Source: a candidate division WOR-3 bacterium
Lineage (GTDB): Bacteria > Hydrothermota > Tepidihabitantia > Tepidihabitantales > Tepidihabitantaceae
Reading direction: 5' to 3'
DNA length: 64,000 bases
Assembly (NCBI GenBank): GCA_965649205.1
Contig: CBFGJV010000012.1
Span: 10,971-74,970, forward strand
Below are positions 60,111 to 64,000 of this stretch, one piece after another (position 1 is the stretch's first letter; every line of letters begins with the position of its first letter). The notes under the pieces were generated by a model. It searched no databases. It saw nothing but the letters and a program-made list of their open reading frames with translations, and was not told the origin of the DNA. Position numbers and translations under genes: made by a program.

Positions 60111-62813
60111 ATGTGCAGTATTAGCACAGACTTTGTGCCTTTTTTTTGGGGCAAAACAGAGAAGGAAAAAAAGGACCGATACCATTCCTTGCTGCTGCAT
60201 ATGTTGGATGTTGCAGCAGTGGCCGGGCGTATATGGGACGAATATTTGACCCCACCTGTTCGCAAACGAGTAGAGCAAGGTCTGGGTCTAGAGGATGCCA
60301 GACCATTTATTATGTTTCTGGCTGGAGCGCACGACATCGGCAAGGCGAACCCAGCGTTCCAGAAGCGAAAGCCGGAATATCACGGGCTGGACGATTCCTG
60401 GTTTTCTCGCAACGATGTGCCCCGTCCGCACGGACACGTGAGTGCTAAGGTTCTAGGGAGATTTCTACCCGTGTCGCTATGGGGTCGGGTTGCGGGTGGT
60501 CATCATGGCGTTTTTCCCCGGGCAGAGGTTCTTCAGAACATAGCTTCTGGTACGCTTGGCGACGACCGATGGAACCAGGCCCGCCAGGCACTCTTGACTC
60601 AGCTTGCTTGCATCGTTGGGCTCCACCTGGACGAGGTTGAGAACACGCAGAGCGAAGTCAGCGACCCAGGACTTGTACCTTTGCTGGCCGGTTTTGTTTC
60701 AGTCGCTGACTGGATAGGTTCGGACGAAAACCTTTTCCCACTCGCAATGGAAGTGGGAAAGTCCAGACAAATAGACCTAGGTGCCTACTGGACAGAAACG
60801 CAGGAATCAGCCCGCAAAGCCCTGGAACAGCTCGGCTGGTTGCCTGCTGTGAAGTTTGCCTGCGAAACCTCTTTCCGCGGCGTATTTCCCGAGTACAAAC
60901 CTAACTCCGTGCAGAGCGTAGTGGCCGAACTGGCACTCAGACAGAAATCACCTTACCTGATGATTGTGGAAGCGCCGACAGGTCTAGGCAAGACCGAAGC
61001 GGCGCTGTATGCTGCAGACCTGGCTATGTGCCGTGGCTTTGCCCGGGGCATGTACGTAGCCATGCCTACGCAGGCCACAGGCAACAAGATGTTCGTCCGG
61101 GTTCACGAGGAATATCTGAGCAAACGCGGCCACCAAGGCAGGCTGAATTTGCAACTGGTACACGGCAATGCTGTCCTGGTTGATCTGTGCAAACCGAAGA
61201 ATGGAAATACCCCCGAACCTCAGCCTCGCAACATAGAAGACGACGCAGAAAATGAATCTGGAGACCTAGAAGCGCAGTCCTGGTTCACGGCCCGAAAACG
61301 GCCACTACTTGCACCGTTTGGCGTAGGCACGATTGACCAGAGCTTGTTGAGCGTGCTGCAAACCCGGCACTGGTTTGTACGAATGACAGGACTGGCAGGC
61401 AAGGTGGTCATCTTTGACGAAGTGCACGCCTATGACACCTATATGACCACCATTCTAGAGCGACTGCTGCACTGGTTGGCCGAACTGGACTGCACTGTGA
61501 TAATGCTCTCTGCCACACTGCCGGATGGTCGGCGCAAAAAGCTGGTCCAGGCGTATTCCGGCCGAGACGACGCTGACTATTGTCCTTATCCGCGCATTAC
61601 ACTGGCCCTGCCCAGACACCACCCTAAGGAACAGGCCGGAATGAAGCCGGTCTGTGTCGAGGTGCCAAAGGAAGGTAGCCGCCGGGTTGCGCTCCGGTTT
61701 CAGAATACTGACCTGGCACTCTTGGCTGGTAGACTGAAGGATGAGCTGCAACACGGCGGTTGCGCCGCAGTAGTATGCAACACCGTTGATCGCTCGATAG
61801 AAACCTATGATTATCTATGCCGGGAGCTGCGGGACACAGAATGTTTTCTCTTTCACGCCCGTACCCTGCAGAAATGGCGCCACGAGCGAGAAGAAGAAGT
61901 GGAACACAAGTTCGGCAAGGGCAAAAAGCAGCCGGACGGAACCTGCGTGAACCCGGACCGGCCATTTCGCAGCGTACTGGTGGCAACCCAGGTTATCGAG
62001 CAAAGCCTGGATTTGGACTTTGACCTGATGTTCTCGGAAATTGCGCCCGTAGACCTCCTACTTCAGCGTGCAGGCCGAATGCACCGCCATCTGCGCGTAA
62101 GACCCCAAGGGTTGGAAACGCCATGCTTCACAGTGCTTTGCGATGCGGAAGTTTCCGGCCCGCCGCCAGACTCGTTTGGCAACGGCATTGAGTATGTGTA
62201 TGACCGTTATATTCTGCTTCGCACCTGGCTGGTGCTGCGCCAACGGCGAGAAATCAACATTCCGGACGAAGTTGAAACCCTCATCGAGGCTGTGTACGGC
62301 CCGAACGCCCTCCCTGCAGAAGACGGCTGGTCCGAAGCGCTCTGTAAGGCCGAAGGCCAAATGAAGGACCGCAATTCCGAGTCAGAAAACTCCGCCAAAT
62401 GGCTGTTGGTGGCTTTCCCCCAAGACCCGTCAGAGCTGGTGGAACAGTTCAACGCGCAACTGACCGAAGACGAAGACCCCGAAGTACACAAAGCTGTCAG
62501 GGCGGCGACAAGAGAAGGCGACCCCTCAGTTACAGCAGTGCTGCTGCCCGCAGGGGAACACCTTTCCAAGTCGCCCAACCGGACCGAGGTTTGCCGGCTT
62601 TTGGGAAATTCGGTGAGCCTTAATCATCGCGGCGTGTTTGGAGTTCTCAGAAATGACAGTCCGGCTACTGAGTGGCAGGAATCAGTCCATCTGCGCCACT
62701 GCCGGCTGGTGCGGCTGGATGAAAACGGCAAAGCCCGGGTCGGCAACTATATCCTGACAGTTGACAAACAACGAGGCATTGTCATAAACAAGGAGGAACA
62801 AACGAATGGCTGA
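60111..62813 (+). CDS. cas3: CRISPR-associated HD nuclease/helicase Cas3 (type I-E)
   Basis: HD domain motifs HMLDV, AHDIGK, GHHG and ADWIGS; helicase motifs APTGLGKT, DEVH, SAT and QRAGR. Confidence 0.96.
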   Translation: MCSISTDFVPFFWGKTEKEKKDRYHSLLLHMLDVAAVAGRIWDEYLTPPVRKRVEQGLGLEDARPFIMFLAGAHDIGKANPAFQKRKPEYHGLDDSWFSRNDVPRPHGHVSAKVLGRFLPVSLWGRVAGGHHGVFPRAEVLQNIASGTLGDDRWNQARQALLTQLACIVGLHLDEVENTQSEVSDPGLVPLLAGFVSVADWIGSDENLFPLAMEVGKSRQIDLGAYWTETQESARKALEQLGWLPAVKFACETSFRGVFPEYKPNSVQSVVAELALRQKSPYLMIVEAPTGLGKTEAALYAADLAMCRGFARGMYVAMPTQATGNKMFVRVHEEYLSKRGHQGRLNLQLVHGNAVLVDLCKPKNGNTPEPQPRNIEDDAENESGDLEAQSWFTARKRPLLAPFGVGTIDQSLLSVLQTRHWFVRMTGLAGKVVIFDEVHAYDTYMTTILERLLHWLAELDCTVIMLSATLPDGRRKKLVQAYSGRDDADYCPYPRITLALPRHHPKEQAGMKPVCVEVPKEGSRRVALRFQNTDLALLAGRLKDELQHGGCAAVVCNTVDRSIETYDYLCRELRDTECFLFHARTLQKWRHEREEEVEHKFGKGKKQPDGTCVNPDRPFRSVLVATQVIEQSLDLDFDLMFSEIAPVDLLLQRAGRMHRHLRVRPQGLETPCFTVLCDAEVSGPPPDSFGNGIEYVYDRYILLRTWLVLRQRREINIPDEVETLIEAVYGPNALPAEDGWSEALCKAEGQMKDRNSESENSAKWLLVAFPQDPSELVEQFNAQLTEDEDPEVHKAVRAATREGDPSVTAVLLPAGEHLSKSPNRTEVCRLLGNSVSLNHRGVFGVLRNDSPATEWQESVHLRHCRLVRLDENGKARVGNYILTVDKQRGIVINKEEQTNG

Positions 62814-64000
62814 ATTCAACCTGATAGACGAGCCCTGGATACCCTGCATTGACCCGGCAGGAAACCGCATCGAATACGGCATCCAGGATACCATGCTCAA
62901 GGCTCACAAACTGCGGGAAATATGGGACGATTCGCCTCTGGTCACAGTCGCAATCCACCGCCTGCTTCTGGCAATTTTATACCGGGCATACCAGGGACCG
63001 ACTGACTGGAAGGAGTTATGGCTGAAAGGTTCTTTTGAGTCGAGTCAAGACTTGGTTGATTACCTTCACAGGCGTCATGACCGTTTCTATCTCTTCCACG
63101 ACAAGCATCCTTTCATGCAGGTGGCAGGTTTAGACCTCAACAAGTATGACAAGGACGGGAATGTCCGGGAGTACGGGACAGACGGGCTCATGCGTTTGGC
63201 GACTGAAGCGCCCGACAAGGGCGGGCGAGTTCTTTTTGAGCATCGGATGGGCACGGTACGTCCGGAATACGAACCAAGTCAAATTGCCCGAATGCTCGTA
63301 ACAGCTCACTCCTATGCGAGCACAGGAGTCGCACGCAGAGGCAGGGTGGGTCCTGACTCAATTACTCCGTCGCGGTGCAAGTTTGCTCCTTGCGTGCAGG
63401 GCCTGGTCATCTGGCTGCAGGGGGAAAACTTGTTTCAGACATTGCTACTCAATTTGGTGCCATACGTGTTCGATAAAGGGGGTCTCCCTGCCTGGGATGA
63501 CGACAAAATCGTTGAGACGGCCAAGAGGTCGTGGGGTCGTGCTGTACGTTTCACCGGTCCTGTCCAGCGATATGCGCCCTTGAGTCGCTTCATTCTTTGC
63601 CTGGACAGAAGGTCAATGTTTTTCACCAACGGGCTGAAGGCCGAGGATGATGATGGTGACCCGATGATGGCATACACGCGAAAGTCAGAGAGAGAAAGCT
63701 ACAAGGCCGTGAGACTCCGAGAAGACCGGGCGGTTTGGCGCGACCTCCATGCTCTCCTCGCCAAGTCAGACCATATCAGTAAGCCTCCGGCTTGCATAAA
63801 CCATTTTGCCAGTTTGCATGATGACGAATTCCTGCCGAGCAATTTCTACCCCCGTGTGAACGTCGTCGGGGTTGTTACCCAGCAGGGCAAATTCCTGCTC
63901 TGGCGGCATGAGCGGCTGCCGATTCCAGCCAAGCTGATTGGCAGTGCTGACCTGATTGAGCGCCTCGGTCAAGCGGTCAAATGGGCCGAGAATGCGGCAA
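62806..64000 (+). CDS. casA: Type I-E Cascade large subunit Cas8e/CasA/Cse1 (partial, runs off the right end of the window)
   Basis: Not in the ORF track. SD AAGGAGG; MAEFNLIDEPWIP, HRLLLAILYRA, RFYLFH..HPFMQV, GENLFQTLLLN, DPMMAY and AVWRDL motifs; overlaps the cas3 stop. Confidence 0.92.
   Translation, partial: MAEFNLIDEPWIPCIDPAGNRIEYGIQDTMLKAHKLREIWDDSPLVTVAIHRLLLAILYRAYQGPTDWKELWLKGSFESSQDLVDYLHRRHDRFYLFHDKHPFMQVAGLDLNKYDKDGNVREYGTDGLMRLATEAPDKGGRVLFEHRMGTVRPEYEPSQIARMLVTAHSYASTGVARRGRVGPDSITPSRCKFAPCVQGLVIWLQGENLFQTLLLNLVPYVFDKGGLPAWDDDKIVETAKRSWGRAVRFTGPVQRYAPLSRFILCLDRRSMFFTNGLKAEDDDGDPMMAYTRKSERESYKAVRLREDRAVWRDLHALLAKSDHISKPPACINHFASLHDDEFLPSNFYPRVNVVGVVTQQGKFLLWRHERLPIPAKLIGSADLIERLGQAVKWAENAA

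Noticed and set aside
59893..64000. CRISPR array near the cas genes
   Set aside because: No regularly spaced repeats seen; an array may lie beyond the right edge.

Overview
Gene-dense bacterial chromosome segment. It is most consistent with a candidate-phylum WOR-3 / FCB-associated and probably thermophilic organism; this is an inference from the many secreted proteins with T9SS-like C-terminal sorting domains, a PorV-family gene, TrmI and an archaeal-type PGI/PMI. Positions 1-54.6 kb hold housekeeping genes (eno, glyA, mazG, ptsH/ptsI, tgt, trmI, a BtuFCD-like ABC transporter, hbd), several large secreted proteins (IPT/FN3/Kelch repeat proteins, a BNR protein, a gingipain-family C25 protease), a xylose/GH5 cluster and an ECF sigma/anti-sigma/Spy stress operon with a visible autoregulatory promoter motif. 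The last ~10 kb look accessory: a Cys-less tandem thiolase plus two DUF35 genes (Ltp3/Ltp4-like), a second ECF sigma with a small partner, and the start of a type I-E CRISPR-Cas operon (cas3, partial cas8e). No CRISPR array, tRNA or rRNA is visible. The most striking item is a stand-alone 123-aa gene (58240-58611, minus strand) that aligns by eye, colinearly, with the major capsid protein of archaeal rudiviruses (SIRV2-type, Adnaviria A-DNA-wrapping fold) but has no viral neighbours. It is a candidate domesticated bacterial DNA-coating protein. Many genes also appear to be transcribed as leaderless mRNAs. All family assignments come from motif recognition by eye; no database search was run.
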